A stretch of DNA of 64,000 bases from Armatimonadota bacterium (GCA_016199525.1 JACQGL010000186.1:6482-70481); one strand, 5' to 3'; numbered from the stretch's first letter, positions 27,834-37,959 are shown. Numbers and translations: made by a program. Notes: generated by a model not told the origin, from the sequence alone.

Positions 27834-28298
27834 TCATCTGGGAACGCCGCCGTCACCGCCGGGCAACGCACGCTCTTGCCCCGCCTGCTCGGGCTCTTCT
27901 GGCCCCGACTCGATCCCCTCCGGCAGGGAACGACCCTCTGCCACGTAGCGCTGGCGCAGTCGCTGGAACTGTCGGCGGAGCCGCTCCAGCTCCTCGTCCG
28001 AAAGCGCCTCCAGGTCCACCAGGGCGGTGCGCGCTCCCTGAATAGCGCGCATCAGTTCGTCCAGCTTCAGGTGGATCGCCTTCGTATCACGGTTCTGGGT
28101 GTGCTGGATCAGGAATACCATCAGAAAGGTGATAATCGTGGTCCCCGTGTTGATCCAGAGCTGCCAGCTATCGGAGAAGCGGTACGCGGACCCCAGGAGG
28201 GCCCACACTGCCACCGTCAGCGTGGCAGTGATGAACGCCCAGGGGGCGCCGACCAGATCCGAAGCCCAATGGGCGAACCGGTGAAAGAGGTCGTTCAT
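27834..28298 (-). CDS. Low-affinity iron permease family membrane protein
   Basis: FAHWASDLVGAPWAF...WQLWINTGTTIITFLMVFLIQHTQNRDTKAIHLKLDEL matches my recollection of the Iron_permease (Fet4-related) family. The start is ATG 28298. Confidence 0.75.
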   Translation of the reverse strand: MNDLFHRFAHWASDLVGAPWAFITATLTVAVWALLGSAYRFSDSWQLWINTGTTIITFLMVFLIQHTQNRDTKAIHLKLDELMRAIQGARTALVDLEALSDEELERLRRQFQRLRQRYVAEGRSLPEGIESGPEEPEQAGQERALPGGDGGVPR

Positions 28299-28424
28299 AG
28301 TAGGCAGCTCCTGGCAACCGTCCATCCCGATCGATGGTGGGCACGCGCATAGTTATTACCCTGCGTGGTGCCTGCTGCCGCCCGATTCGTCCGGCTCCCA
28401 ATCCCCGCTCTGCACTCCCCGAGT

Positions 28425-29774
28425 TTACGGCTCCCTCCGTCCGTTCGCCGCGGGAGCAAGCTGCAGCGGCCCGCGGATCGGCTCTCCGGGAGGTACCGGG
28501 TAAACGCGGTCCACCTCGCTGATTCCCTCGTCCGCGTCGCGGGCAGCGCGCTGCTGGGACCAGAACCCCAGCTCCCACATCCGGCGGGCGTTCTCGATGC
28601 GCCGCTGCCGCGCCTGCTCCCGCCAGGCGTCCGCTCGCGCCTGCTCGGTCATGTCTTGCAGGTTTACCGGCGTCCAGGCCACGCGGATGCGCCCCGCACG
28701 TCCGCGCAGGCGCTGCCGCAGATCGATCAGGTAATCGATCTGCGGCTGGACGGCACGGCGCAGGGCCTCAATGTTTGAGATGAGCAGATCTGCCTGCTGC
28801 GCGGACAGCCGCTCCGTGGAGGACCAGTGCAGGCCGAGCAGCCAGGGCGGTAGGCCAGTAACGGCGACCATCTGCTCCAGGAAGGCGCGGAGCGGCTCCT
28901 GAACCGCCAGGATTTGCCCCTCGCTGCCAATAATGCCGATTCGTACCTGGCCGCTGGTGAACAGGTCCCGCACTTCGCCCACGCGCCGGCTTGCCATCAC
29001 CTCGGTGAACTGCTGCTGAAGATTGTTAACAACCGCTTCGGTAAGCGTGCCCTGTGGGTCGGTGAAGCCCTCGTCCGGCACCCAGTTGACGTGGAAGCTC
29101 GGCGCACCCATACGCTGCCATACCTGCGCCGTGGCGTTCTCGATAATGCTGCACGCCTCTGCGACGAACGGCAGCGAGCGGAGCAGCGACGTCCCGTGTG
29201 GATTGTCCCCCTGCGGGTTGTGGAGGGAAAGCAGCACCCGCGCGGAGTCCAGCACTACCGGCTCCCATTGCCCCGCCGCCTGCTGAATCACTTCCAGGGA
29301 CAGCGGGTCCCGGCCCGCGCGGAAGCGAATTGTCCGCGCGTCCAGGTTCATCAGCGCGTAGACATCGGTGCGGCTCCGGTTCAGGACGATCTCGCCGATT
29401 CCCTTACCGTAGAGGATCATCTGGTCCAGATGCGCTTCCAGCCACCCGTGGAACCCGCGCTGCAACTGGTTTACTTGCACACCCTGGAGGAACGCCTCCA
29501 GCTCCTCGCGCAGCTCGGCGGGTCCTTCCACCCGGATTCGCCCGCACAGCCGTACCAGCGTGGTAATTGCCACGTCCAGGATTGGGAAGCTGCGGCGCAT
29601 TTCGTCGTAAAGGCGCAGCTCCGCTTCGGGTGGCACCCACGAGTGCAGGGCGCGGAGAGCGTTCGAGGCCAGCCACAGGGGGCGGCCGCGTGGGGGGCTC
29701 GGCTCCGTTGACCGGTCGGGACCCGGCCGGCGCAGCGCTTTCCGCACGATCTCTGTCCACGGCTTGAGCAGCAT
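28425..29774 (-). CDS. Phage portal-like protein (Mu gp29/DUF935-like pattern), orphan
   Basis: The stretch LYDEMRRSFPILDVAITTLVRLCG...WLEAHLDQMILYGKGIGEIVLNR....YALMNLDARTIRF resembles the conserved N-terminal half of portal proteins. This is motif recall only. ATG 29774 is preceded by GGAGGGAG. Confidence 0.45.
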   Translation of the reverse strand: MLLKPWTEIVRKALRRPGPDRSTEPSPPRGRPLWLASNALRALHSWVPPEAELRLYDEMRRSFPILDVAITTLVRLCGRIRVEGPAELREELEAFLQGVQVNQLQRGFHGWLEAHLDQMILYGKGIGEIVLNRSRTDVYALMNLDARTIRFRAGRDPLSLEVIQQAAGQWEPVVLDSARVLLSLHNPQGDNPHGTSLLRSLPFVAEACSIIENATAQVWQRMGAPSFHVNWVPDEGFTDPQGTLTEAVVNNLQQQFTEVMASRRVGEVRDLFTSGQVRIGIIGSEGQILAVQEPLRAFLEQMVAVTGLPPWLLGLHWSSTERLSAQQADLLISNIEALRRAVQPQIDYLIDLRQRLRGRAGRIRVAWTPVNLQDMTEQARADAWREQARQRRIENARRMWELGFWSQQRAARDADEGISEVDRVYPVPPGEPIRGPLQLAPAANGRREP

Positions 29775-30106
29775 GGCAGTTCTCCCTCCGGCGGCGTGCA
29801 GCAATTCCCACCGCCGCAAGCCTAGCGCCTCAGTCCGTCCCTGTGTGCGAAGGCCGGGTAGATCGCCGCGGGCAGAATGCAAGCCACATCGACACGGATG
29901 GCCGTAGGGGTACATCATGGGGCCTCGAGGGGGCCCTCCGCGGTTGCCAGCCAGTAAGGAGTAGCAACGCGTAGGTTACCCATCGCTCCTGGTTCGACGG
30001 CCCTCGTGGAGGCGGTTCTCCTGCGTACTGGCAAGCGGCAGGGGCTCGTAGAGGTTATTGGATTGCCGGAGCTGATAGGGGAGGAGCCTCCGCCCTGAAA
30101 CGGAGT

Positions 30107-30140
30107 GCGGCCCGTCCTCCGGTACCGGAGGACGGGCCGC
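30107..30140 (-). terminator. 16-bp perfect inverted repeat downstream of the VIT-vWA gene
   Basis: GCGGCCCGTCCTCCGG-TA-CCGGAGGACGGGCCGC read directly, 56 nt after the stop at 30196. On the minus strand it is followed by GCACTCCGTTTCAGG. Confidence 0.5.
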
Positions 30141-30195
30141 TACGGTGGACGGGCCCAGGGCGACCCTGGATCTCTGGCCGCGCGTGCGCCCGCGG

Positions 30196-32478
30196 TTACC
30201 GGGTCAGCGCCTTCATCTCCGCGGGCATCAACTGTTCCTTGCCCGTTTCCCCGATCTGCGCTACGGTGTTCCGACCGGTCCGCAGGACAAGGCTACGTCC
30301 CTGCGCGAGGAAGCGTGTCCACTCCGGGTGCGCCTTCAGCAGCGCAAAGTAGGCCTCCGAACCGTACTTGATCTGCACGACGCGCATTCTGGCGTTGGCG
30401 CTCTGATCCTGCCAGGCCCCTTGCTGCCAGCGGAAGGTGCGGCTGTCAATCTCGCGGACGAGCTCCAGGTCTGTCTCCGCCACCTGCTGCTCCCGGAGCT
30501 GCTGGATTGCCTTGCTGGCCTGCACGGCGCGCCCACCCACCTGCTGCCGAAAGGCCTCTCCGTCGGCCCGGTCCCGCTGCAGCATGTACCGCCTGAGCTC
30601 CTCCCCGCTGGGAGGAGGCGGAGCTTCTGCCGGTCCCTGGGCCGCACCTCCCAGGCCGCCCATCTTGCCGGGCGCGCCCTCCAGCCCGTGGCGCAGGGGT
30701 ACGGGGCCCGGCGGCGGAGGCACGAGTCCCGGCTCCTCTACCAGATACGCCGTGTAGGGGGTGATAATGCCGAACTCCAGGCTTAGCTTGACCACCTGGT
30801 CTTTCAGCTCCGCGCTTTCCCCGTGCAGCCGGATCTCCTCCAGCAGGTAGCTGATCTTGCGGTTAGCCCACAGCTTGGGGATAAACGCGTACTCGCGCTC
30901 CTGGGCGGGTAGGGCCACCTGGAAGGGAAAGGTCTGCGGCTTGCCCTGCATCTCTCCTGTCAGCGTCAGGGACTGTGTGCCGGCCCCCTTGAAACGTCCC
31001 GTCACCAGCAGCTGCGTGCCCGCGAACAGGTCTGGCAGCCGTGTGGGGTACACGTCCGCAAACTGCGCGCCCGGCGCCTCCAGCTTCAGATTGGCGAGCA
31101 CGGGCCGGGCGATCTTTTCGTAGAACGAGCCGATCTTCGCCTCCAGATCCTCATCCGGAGCCACATAGTCCGCCGCCCCGCCGTTGTCCCGGGCCAGGCG
31201 GTCCAGCAACAGCGTGTTGACGTCATTCCCTACCCCGAATGAGAACACGCGTGCTCTCCCGGCGTTCTTTGGCGCCACACTACCGAGGATCTTCTCTACG
31301 TTCTGCTCGCCAATGGTGGGCAAACCATCCGTCATGAAGAGGATGAACGTGGGCCGCCGCTCATTATTCGGCGGTAGAGATTCCAGCGCCGCGGTGAGGG
31401 CGTCATAGATCGCCGTGCCACCCACGGCGCGGAACTGCGCCACGAACTCCTGCGCCGCGCGCCGGTTCTCGGGCGTGGCGGCCTGCAAGCCCGGCTGGAA
31501 AGAGGTCACGTCGCTGCTGAACCGAAAGATGTTGAACCGGTCGCTCGGATTCAGGGAGTCCAGCACTGTGGTCAGCGCCCGGCGCGCCTGTTCGATCTTC
31601 GCCCCCTGCATGCTCCCCGAGGTATCGAAGACAAACACCACGTCCTTGGCCACGATCTGCGAGGCGTCGATCTCCCGCCGTGGGGCAAGCATGAGCAGGA
31701 AATAGCCATCCTCCCCGGACTTGCGGGTAGCGAGCATGCTCGCGCCGAACTCCCGATCGGAGATCGAGTAATAGAGCTGGAAATCCCGATCCGCGCGGAT
31801 ATCTTTCGCCTCAAACGTGACCACCGCGTGGTGATCATCGGTCCGCTTCACTTGCACTTCGTGCGTGGGGCTGTAAATCGCTTTGATGGGCGCCTGCGAG
31901 CGGATCGTCACCTGGACTGCCAGTTCACCCAGCGGTTCCGCAGCCACGCGGTCTGTCTTCATCGGAAAGTGGACCCGATAGACGCCGTTCTGGAACTCGG
32001 CGGGATGGGAATACGCAATCTGGACCAGCTTGTCCGAGCTGGGCGGGATGGGGAAGATACGCGCCTGGAACGTGTTGCGACCCACGTACTCCAGAATCCC
32101 CGGATCGATCACCCGACGCACATAGGACTCATAGATGCGCCGCGCCTCTTCGACGGAAAGCATCTTGCCATCCACCGGCTCGTTCCCTACCTGCATTCGG
32201 AACTGGGAGACCGCCGCCCCCTCCGGCAGCACGAACAGGTAAGTGCCTTCCAACTGGGCGCTGGTGGGGTTGTGGAATACCTGCTGCGTTTCCGCGTGCA
32301 CTACCCCGCTTTCCACGCGCAGGTTGATCCGCTGCGATTTTATGGACAGCGCCGGGGGGATGGGGACCGGATGCGGCCTGGGAATCGATCGTTGCACCAG
32401 CAGCATCCCCTGCGCGCTCGCCGGCGACCCGGATAGGACCAGCACGCCCAGGAATAGAGCCAGCCACCCTTGTTTCAT
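30196..32478 (-). CDS. Secreted VIT-domain plus von Willebrand factor A (vWA) domain protein
   Basis: Signal-like MKQGWLALFLGVLVLSGSPASAQG, and VIT-like N-terminus (V.HAETQQVFHNP....LEGTYLFVLPEGAAVSQF). The vWA MIDAS motif is VVFVFDTSGSM, with later MTDG. Confidence 0.85.
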   Translation of the reverse strand: MKQGWLALFLGVLVLSGSPASAQGMLLVQRSIPRPHPVPIPPALSIKSQRINLRVESGVVHAETQQVFHNPTSAQLEGTYLFVLPEGAAVSQFRMQVGNEPVDGKMLSVEEARRIYESYVRRVIDPGILEYVGRNTFQARIFPIPPSSDKLVQIAYSHPAEFQNGVYRVHFPMKTDRVAAEPLGELAVQVTIRSQAPIKAIYSPTHEVQVKRTDDHHAVVTFEAKDIRADRDFQLYYSISDREFGASMLATRKSGEDGYFLLMLAPRREIDASQIVAKDVVFVFDTSGSMQGAKIEQARRALTTVLDSLNPSDRFNIFRFSSDVTSFQPGLQAATPENRRAAQEFVAQFRAVGGTAIYDALTAALESLPPNNERRPTFILFMTDGLPTIGEQNVEKILGSVAPKNAGRARVFSFGVGNDVNTLLLDRLARDNGGAADYVAPDEDLEAKIGSFYEKIARPVLANLKLEAPGAQFADVYPTRLPDLFAGTQLLVTGRFKGAGTQSLTLTGEMQGKPQTFPFQVALPAQEREYAFIPKLWANRKISYLLEEIRLHGESAELKDQVVKLSLEFGIITPYTAYLVEEPGLVPPPPGPVPLRHGLEGAPGKMGGLGGAAQGPAEAPPPPSGEELRRYMLQRDRADGEAFRQQVGGRAVQASKAIQQLREQQVAETDLELVREIDSRTFRWQQGAWQDQSANARMRVVQIKYGSEAYFALLKAHPEWTRFLAQGRSLVLRTGRNTVAQIGETGKEQLMPAEMKALTR

Positions 32479-32645
32479 CGTTATTGCCTCCCAACCACGG
32501 CTATGGTAGATTACCTGGAGAAGCGGCCGAACGCCGGCACGAGCAGACGCTGAAGCGATGCAACGAGGGAAGGAGAAACGACGAGACCAGGAAGCACCTC
32601 GCCGATGTTCCCTTTGGCTCCCCGCCCACCTACGCCACCCTCTTC

Positions 32646-32693
32646 TCGTCCCATCGCTTTCTCGTCCCTTCGTTTCATCGTCCCATCATCGCT
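32646..32693. repeat. Three direct 16-nt repeats with core TCGTCCCWTC
   Basis: TCGTCCCATCGCTTTC / TCGTCCCTTCGTTTCA / TCGTCCCATCATCGCT at 32646, 32662 and 32678, read directly. They lie 170-215 nt upstream of the vWA gene start. Confidence 0.55.
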
Positions 32694-32899
32694 TCCAGGC
32701 ATTGGACGCGACGTTCGGCCTGCGGGTTACTCCCCGGATCTTTGGGCGATGATTCTACATTGCGTGGAGAAGCGGCGCTTCGTCGGGGTGGGATTCAAGT
32801 TCAAGGCGGTTGTGCCAGACGGCAGCAGACGTTCACTGCTGCCCTAATCCCCGGCTCCTTCCCGGCGAGAGAAGGAGGACAGATCGGGCGCCCAACTTG

Positions 32900-33289
32900 T
32901 TACCGTGAGCCGGAGGCTCCCCTCCCGTTGGGGGAGGGGTGATGACACGACCCTCGCCTGCTGGCCCTGGTCAAGAACCGCTCCCCGTACGGGCCGTCCC
33001 GAAGGAGGTCCTCCAGCGCCGCGAGGATCTGGAAGGGGGTACATCCGCCCGCGCCGGGCGCGCGGGTGTTGTAGTCCAGGCACACCACCGCCGCTGTTTC
33101 CGCCCTCCATCCCACCAGGCAGCCGCCGTAGCCAGCCGCCCCGTTATGGGAAGGCTTCGCCACTGCGTCTGCAAACGCCGCCGCCATGATGGCGTCGAAG
33201 GCGTTGCCCCCGCGCGCAGCATCGCCAGGCCCGCGTCCACGCCCGCGGGGTGCGGACCGACCACCCCCAGGGAGCAGGGCGCTTCGCAC
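32900..33289 (-). pseudogene. Gamma-glutamyltransferase N-terminal remnant
   Basis: GGNAFDAIMAAAFADAVAKPSHNGAAGYGGCLVGW....VVCLDYNTRAPGAG matches the conserved GGNAvDAAvA...P..sGiGGGgF......iD.RE.AP region of GGT. Only about 100 of the roughly 550 expected residues are present. Confidence 0.55.
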
Positions 33290-33309
33290 CAGGTTCCCCG
33301 CACATCTCT

Positions 33310-33999
33310 CTACTCTTGCAGCCGCCCCAGCAGGCGAAGTACCAGGTCCGGCCGGTTGCTGCCGATGCCATCCACGCCCAGATCGATCATCGCCTGAATT
33401 TCAGGCTCGGTGTCGGGGTTCCAGGCGCGAATAAGGAGAGCCTCGTGGTGGGCGGCGGCGATGACCTCGGGGCGCTGGTGGCGATAGTTCACGCCGCACC
33501 CCTCGGCGCCCGCCGCCTTCGCCTGCTGCGCGAAGTCCGGCGGCGGCGCTCCGAAGATCGCGCCGGTGCGCAGCCGCGGGTCGATCTCCTTCACGCGGCG
33601 GATGCGGGGCAGGTGAAAGCAGGTGAACACCACGTCCCGCTCCATACCCGCCTCGCGCACGATGCGCACTGCCTCATCGGCGGTGCGTTCACCTTTCAGC
33701 TCGCACAGGAGCTGCGCCCGGCCGCGGATGACCTCCAGCAACTCGGCGAGCGTAGGGATGCGCTCGCCTTGGCCCGCGTCCAGGGCGCGGATTTCAGCGA
33801 ACGAGAGATCAGCCATGCGACCGCTGCCGTTCGTGGTGCGGTCTACCATCTCATCGTGCATCAGGATCAGGTGACCATCGCGGGTGAGGCGAACATCCGT
33901 CTCCACGTAGTCGCAGCCCAGGGCGAGGGCGCGCCGAAACCCCCGCAGGGTGTTCTCCGGCTCCAGCAGCGCGCAGCCGCGGTGTCCGACGACGATCAT
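33310..33999 (-). CDS. Glycerophosphodiester phosphodiesterase
   Basis: MIVVGHRGCALLEPENTLRGFRRALALGCDYVETDVRLTRDGHLILMHD carries the GDPD signature (HRG, ENT, E.D). ATG 33999 is preceded by GGAGGGAAA. Confidence 0.85.
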   Translation of the reverse strand: MIVVGHRGCALLEPENTLRGFRRALALGCDYVETDVRLTRDGHLILMHDEMVDRTTNGSGRMADLSFAEIRALDAGQGERIPTLAELLEVIRGRAQLLCELKGERTADEAVRIVREAGMERDVVFTCFHLPRIRRVKEIDPRLRTGAIFGAPPPDFAQQAKAAGAEGCGVNYRHQRPEVIAAAHHEALLIRAWNPDTEPEIQAMIDLGVDGIGSNRPDLVLRLLGRLQE

Positions 34000-34283
34000 G
34001 CGTTTCCCTCCAGGTGCACCGACCGCCCGATGCGGATCGATTCGATCGCCGCCGGCCCCACGCGCGTGGCCAGTGCGCCATCCTCCGCCCGGCAGGCCTG
34101 CGGCGGCTGCGGCCCTCCAGCCACCCACTCCACCATCGCGCGCACCCGCTGGGTGTAGCCGTGGGCGACAGATCCCAGGAAACAGGCGACTGACCCGCGA
34201 ACGAGGCACGGGGTCCCGAGCAGATCAGGCCTGCCATCCGGTTCATTTCCCCTGTTCGATACCCCTTCCCAAGAAGGCGACTG

Positions 34284-34436
34284 GCTGACTCCCAGGCGCT
34301 CTATCGGGCCCTGGGCACGAAGGACAAAACCCTCCGCCTCTACGAGGGCATGCTGCACGAGCCTCTGCGGGAGGTGGGGAGGCGTAAGGTGTGGGCCGAG
34401 ATCGTGGGATGGATGCGGGCGCGACTGCCGCGTTGA
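34284..34436 (+). pseudogene. C-terminal remnant of an alpha/beta hydrolase (lysophospholipase/monoacylglycerol-lipase-like)
   Basis: Hand translation gives ADSQALYRALGTKDKTLRLYEGMLHEPLREVGRRKVWAEIVGWMRARLPR*. This matches the typical C-terminus (K.l..YeG..HE...E......v...i..Wl) including the catalytic His. No upstream body of the gene is present. Confidence 0.45.
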
Positions 34437-34505
34437 CTTCGCTTCCACGCGCCGGTTATACTTCCGAAGTACCCGTGCGCCTGATACATCCGCGGTTCTC
34501 CGACG

Positions 34506-35786
34506 ATGCTTGACCTTCGCCTGATCCGATCCCGACCCGAAGAGGTGCGCGCCGCGCTGGCGCGGCGCGGTGGGGTGCCTGCCGCGCTGGACGAGCTGCT
34601 GGCCGTGGACGAACAGCGCCGCCGCCTCCTGGTAGAGGTGGAAAGGCTGCGCCAGCAGCGGAATCAGGCTTCGCAAGAGGTGAGCCGCCTGAAGCGGCAG
34701 GGACAGGATGCCAGCGCGCAGATCGTCGCCGCCCGCGAACTGGGGGATCGCATTGCGGCGCTGGAGGAGAGCCTGCGGGACATGGACGTCCGCATCGAGG
34801 CTCTGCTGCTCACCCTCCCGAACCTGCCCCATTCTTCTGTGCCAGACGGCCGCGACGAAACAGAGAATGCGGAGGTGGCACGGTGGGGCGAGCCTCGCCA
34901 GTTCGATTTTGAACCGCGGCCCCACTGGGAGGTGGGCGAGCGGTTGGGGATCCTGGATCTGGAGCGCGCGGTGAAGATCTCCGGCGCGCGCTTCTACGTG
35001 CTGAAGGGGGCCGGCGCCGCGCTGGAGCGGGCGCTTATCAATTGGATGATTGACCTCCACCGGAGCGAGCACGGCTACATCGAGGTATGGCCGCCTGTGT
35101 TGATCAACGAGGCGAGCATGACCGGCACCGGCCAGCTGCCCAAGTTCGCCTTCGATATGTACAAGATCGAAGAGGAGGCGATGTACCTGGCTCCGACGGC
35201 GGAGGTGCCAGTTACCAACCTCCATCGCGATGAGATTCTGGAAGCAGAGCAGATGCCGGTGCGCTACGTCGCCTACACGCCGTGCTTCCGCAAGGAGGCG
35301 GGAGCGGCGGGGCGCGAGACGCGAGGGATGATCCGCGTGCACCAGTTTGATAAGGTGGAACTGGTGCTGTTCGTGCGGCCAGAGGAGTCCTACGCGGCAC
35401 TGGAGCAGCTGCGGCGCCAGGCGGAGACGGTGATCGAGCGGCTGGGAATGCCGTACCGGACGCTGGAGATGTGCACGGGCGATCTGGGCGATAAGAGCAC
35501 TAAACAGTACGACCCCGAAGTCTGGATGCCCGGGCAGGGGCGCTACGTGGAGATCTCCTCGTGCAGCAACTTTGAGGCTTACCAGGCGCGGCGGGCGAAC
35601 ATCCGCTTCCGCCCCGAGCGGGGCGCGCGACCCGAGTGCGTGCATACCCTGAACGGGAGCGGGCTGGCGGTGGGGCGCACGTTCGCGGCCATCCTGGAGA
35701 ACTACCAGCAGGCGGATGGGAGCGTACTGATCCCCGAGGTCCTGCGGCCCTACATAGGCGGACGGGAGCAGATCGCGCCGCAGTAG
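34506..35786 (+). CDS. serS: Serine--tRNA ligase
   Basis: [19 protein letters not shown]-terminus, a coiled-coil arm, and class II motifs ([21 protein letters not shown]; GSGLAVGRT). Confidence 0.95.
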   Translation: MLDLRLIRSRPEEVRAALARRGGVPAALDELLAVDEQRRRLLVEVERLRQQRNQASQEVSRLKRQGQDASAQIVAARELGDRIAALEESLRDMDVRIEALLLTLPNLPHSSVPDGRDETENAEVARWGEPRQFDFEPRPHWEVGERLGILDLERAVKISGARFYVLKGAGAALERALINWMIDLHRSEHGYIEVWPPVLINEASMTGTGQLPKFAFDMYKIEEEAMYLAPTAEVPVTNLHRDEILEAEQMPVRYVAYTPCFRKEAGAAGRETRGMIRVHQFDKVELVLFVRPEESYAALEQLRRQAETVIERLGMPYRTLEMCTGDLGDKSTKQYDPEVWMPGQGRYVEISSCSNFEAYQARRANIRFRPERGARPECVHTLNGSGLAVGRTFAAILENYQQADGSVLIPEVLRPYIGGREQIAPQ

Positions 35787-35938
35787 GGACTTCGTTTAGC
35801 ACCACGGAGATACGGAATCACGGAGCGTAAGGGTGCGTGCGCAGGTATGGGAGGCTCTGCTTTCGACGTTCCACTCTCCCGCCCCTTCTCTGTGTCTCCG
35901 CATCCTCGTGGTGAATTTACGGCATGCCGGGGGTAGAG

Positions 35939-36184
35939 ATGCGGGTGCGGGTCGAGCTATTCGGGCGGGCAGCGGAACAAGCGGGGGTGCGCACGGTGGA
36001 GCTGGACCTGCCCGCGAACGCCACGTCCGCCACCGCCGCAGAGGCCCTGGCAGAGCGCTACCCGCGGCTGGAGTGGCTGCGCCGAGGCTCCCGTCCGGCG
36101 CGCAACCAGGAGTACGCCCGCTGGGAAGATCCTCTGGCAGAAGGGGACGAAGTCAGTTTCATCCCTCCGGTAAGCGGGGGATAG
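35939..36184 (+). CDS. moaD: Molybdopterin synthase sulfur-carrier subunit
   Basis: MRVRVELFG...PLAEGDEVSFIPPVSGG* has the ThiS/MoaD fold pattern and a C-terminal GG. The alternative start is ATG 35924. Confidence 0.85.
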   Translation: MRVRVELFGRAAEQAGVRTVELDLPANATSATAAEALAERYPRLEWLRRGSRPARNQEYARWEDPLAEGDEVSFIPPVSGG

Positions 36185-36466
36185 CGGCACAGAAGGGCTT
36201 TACCACCATCTGCTTGCTTTTCCGCTCTGTATCTGCCAACCTTATAGCGTGGTTGGTGTGCGCGCACGGCGAGCCATCGCAGCGATCGCCGGCGGCTGCT
36301 ACCGCGTTACTGTCCGCGGATGGTCGCCGGCGCGCCGCGTCCTGGTCCCTCAGCCGTTCCCTATACAGACGGCAAGCAGGGCGGGGATGAGCGTCTCATC
36401 CATCCACGGGGATCGGCATCCGCGGCAATTGCGAGATGCCTCATCTCGTATACCGGACACCCAGAG

Positions 36467-37873
36467 ATGCAGTGTTTAAGTCGTCGCCACCTGCACAACT
36501 GGCTTTGGATCCTGCTCCTGCTTCTGCTAATGGCCATCAGTGCTCATCCTCGCCACTTCTTTCGCGCTCAGGTAGCCGAAGATGGGGTGGATATCGGGGG
36601 AATGCTGCTGATCATGGCGGGGGCGGGAATCCGCATTTGCGCCCGGGGCTGGAAGTACGAGGTGAGTAACCACGGCCTGGTGACCGATGGTCTCTACGGC
36701 TATGTGCGCCACCCGCTCTACCTGGGGAGCTTCACCATCGGCCTGGGTCTGTGCGTTATCATTGGCGTTCCCTGGTTTCTACTGGCCTATACCGTGTGCT
36801 TCTGGGCAGGCCACGTTCCGGTTATTCTGAAAGAGGAATCCCACCTGGCGCGGCGCTGGCCGGATGCCTACGCCGCCTACCGCCGGCAGGTGCGTGCGTT
36901 TCTCCCGGGTCTGCGGCCGCTGAAGGAACGCCGCCCGGTTCGCCCGCGGCGTCTTTGGGCGGCGGTTTGCCGAGAAGCGGACGCCGTGTGTATCTGGCCT
37001 CTGGTAGGCATCATCCTGAGAAGCTGGGCGGACGTGCCTACGACGGCGGCGGCGCTCCGGCATCGCGCGGTAGAAATGAGTTTACTTGCCACGCTGGCAC
37101 TGTTCCTTTTCACGACCTGGCTCTTGATGAAGTATCGCTGGGCGCGGAGGGAGGGAGATGATGGACCTAAGTGGCGGTTGGGAGACCGGAAGATGAGCGA
37201 TCAGCCATCCACTTCGTCCGCACACCAGGCGCCGGCCGAACGGAGCGTACGGCCGGCCGGCACTGTGGTATCGGGTGCGGGGCTGCTAAGCCGCATGGGC
37301 TGCTGGTTATTCGTGCGGCGGGGGTGGTTGCCGTGGCTGGTGATGCCGGTGCTGTTCTCCCGGCGGTATGAATCGGACCTGGGCTGGCGGGGGCTGGCGG
37401 TTGCCTGCCTTTTCCTGATGCTTGGCGAATCGATACGCCTGTGGGCGGTAGGCCACGCGGGCGCGCGCACCCGCACCCGCGCGTGTTCCGGTCGATTGAA
37501 GAATCTGGTCACGTCCGGCCCCTATGCGTATGTGCGGAACCCGATTTACCTGGGCAATTGCCTGGTGGGAACTGGCCTCGTGCTGCTATTTGACCAGTGG
37601 GTCTTGGTGCTGCCACTCGTTTTGGCTGCCTTCCTGTGTTATCAACCGATTGTAGCGTGGGAGGAACACCTGCTCGCCAGTACGTTTGGAGAGGAGTACG
37701 ATGAGTACCGGCGAGCGGTACCACGGTGGGTCCCCCGTGCGGGACGGCGCAAGGCATCTTCGCGGCACCGGTTTTCGTGGCAGAAGGCGTTGTTCAGTGA
37801 ACGGGGGACGCTGGCGATGCTGGCACTGATGTTCCTCGTTCACGGGTTGGAGGAGTGGATCGAGAGGATGTAG
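36467..37873 (+). CDS. Membrane protein with two tandem ICMT/PEMT-like methyltransferase modules
   Basis: Two copies of the family signature: LVTDGLYGYVRHPLYLGSFTIGLG and LVTSGPYAYVRNPIYLGNCLVGTG...EE..L...FGEEYDEYRR. There are multiple hydrophobic helices. One uninterrupted ORF; the start is uncertain. Confidence 0.7.
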   Translation: MQCLSRRHLHNWLWILLLLLLMAISAHPRHFFRAQVAEDGVDIGGMLLIMAGAGIRICARGWKYEVSNHGLVTDGLYGYVRHPLYLGSFTIGLGLCVIIGVPWFLLAYTVCFWAGHVPVILKEESHLARRWPDAYAAYRRQVRAFLPGLRPLKERRPVRPRRLWAAVCREADAVCIWPLVGIILRSWADVPTTAAALRHRAVEMSLLATLALFLFTTWLLMKYRWARREGDDGPKWRLGDRKMSDQPSTSSAHQAPAERSVRPAGTVVSGAGLLSRMGCWLFVRRGWLPWLVMPVLFSRRYESDLGWRGLAVACLFLMLGESIRLWAVGHAGARTRTRACSGRLKNLVTSGPYAYVRNPIYLGNCLVGTGLVLLFDQWVLVLPLVLAAFLCYQPIVAWEEHLLASTFGEEYDEYRRAVPRWVPRAGRRKASSRHRFSWQKALFSERGTLAMLALMFLVHGLEEWIERM

Positions 37874-37959
37874 CGTGGATGGCGGGACGGCCCACGGGCT
37901 GCCGCGCGGTTTCAGTTCGCTCGCACCTTTGGCTGCGTCGCTGTGTGAAGAAAACCGGG

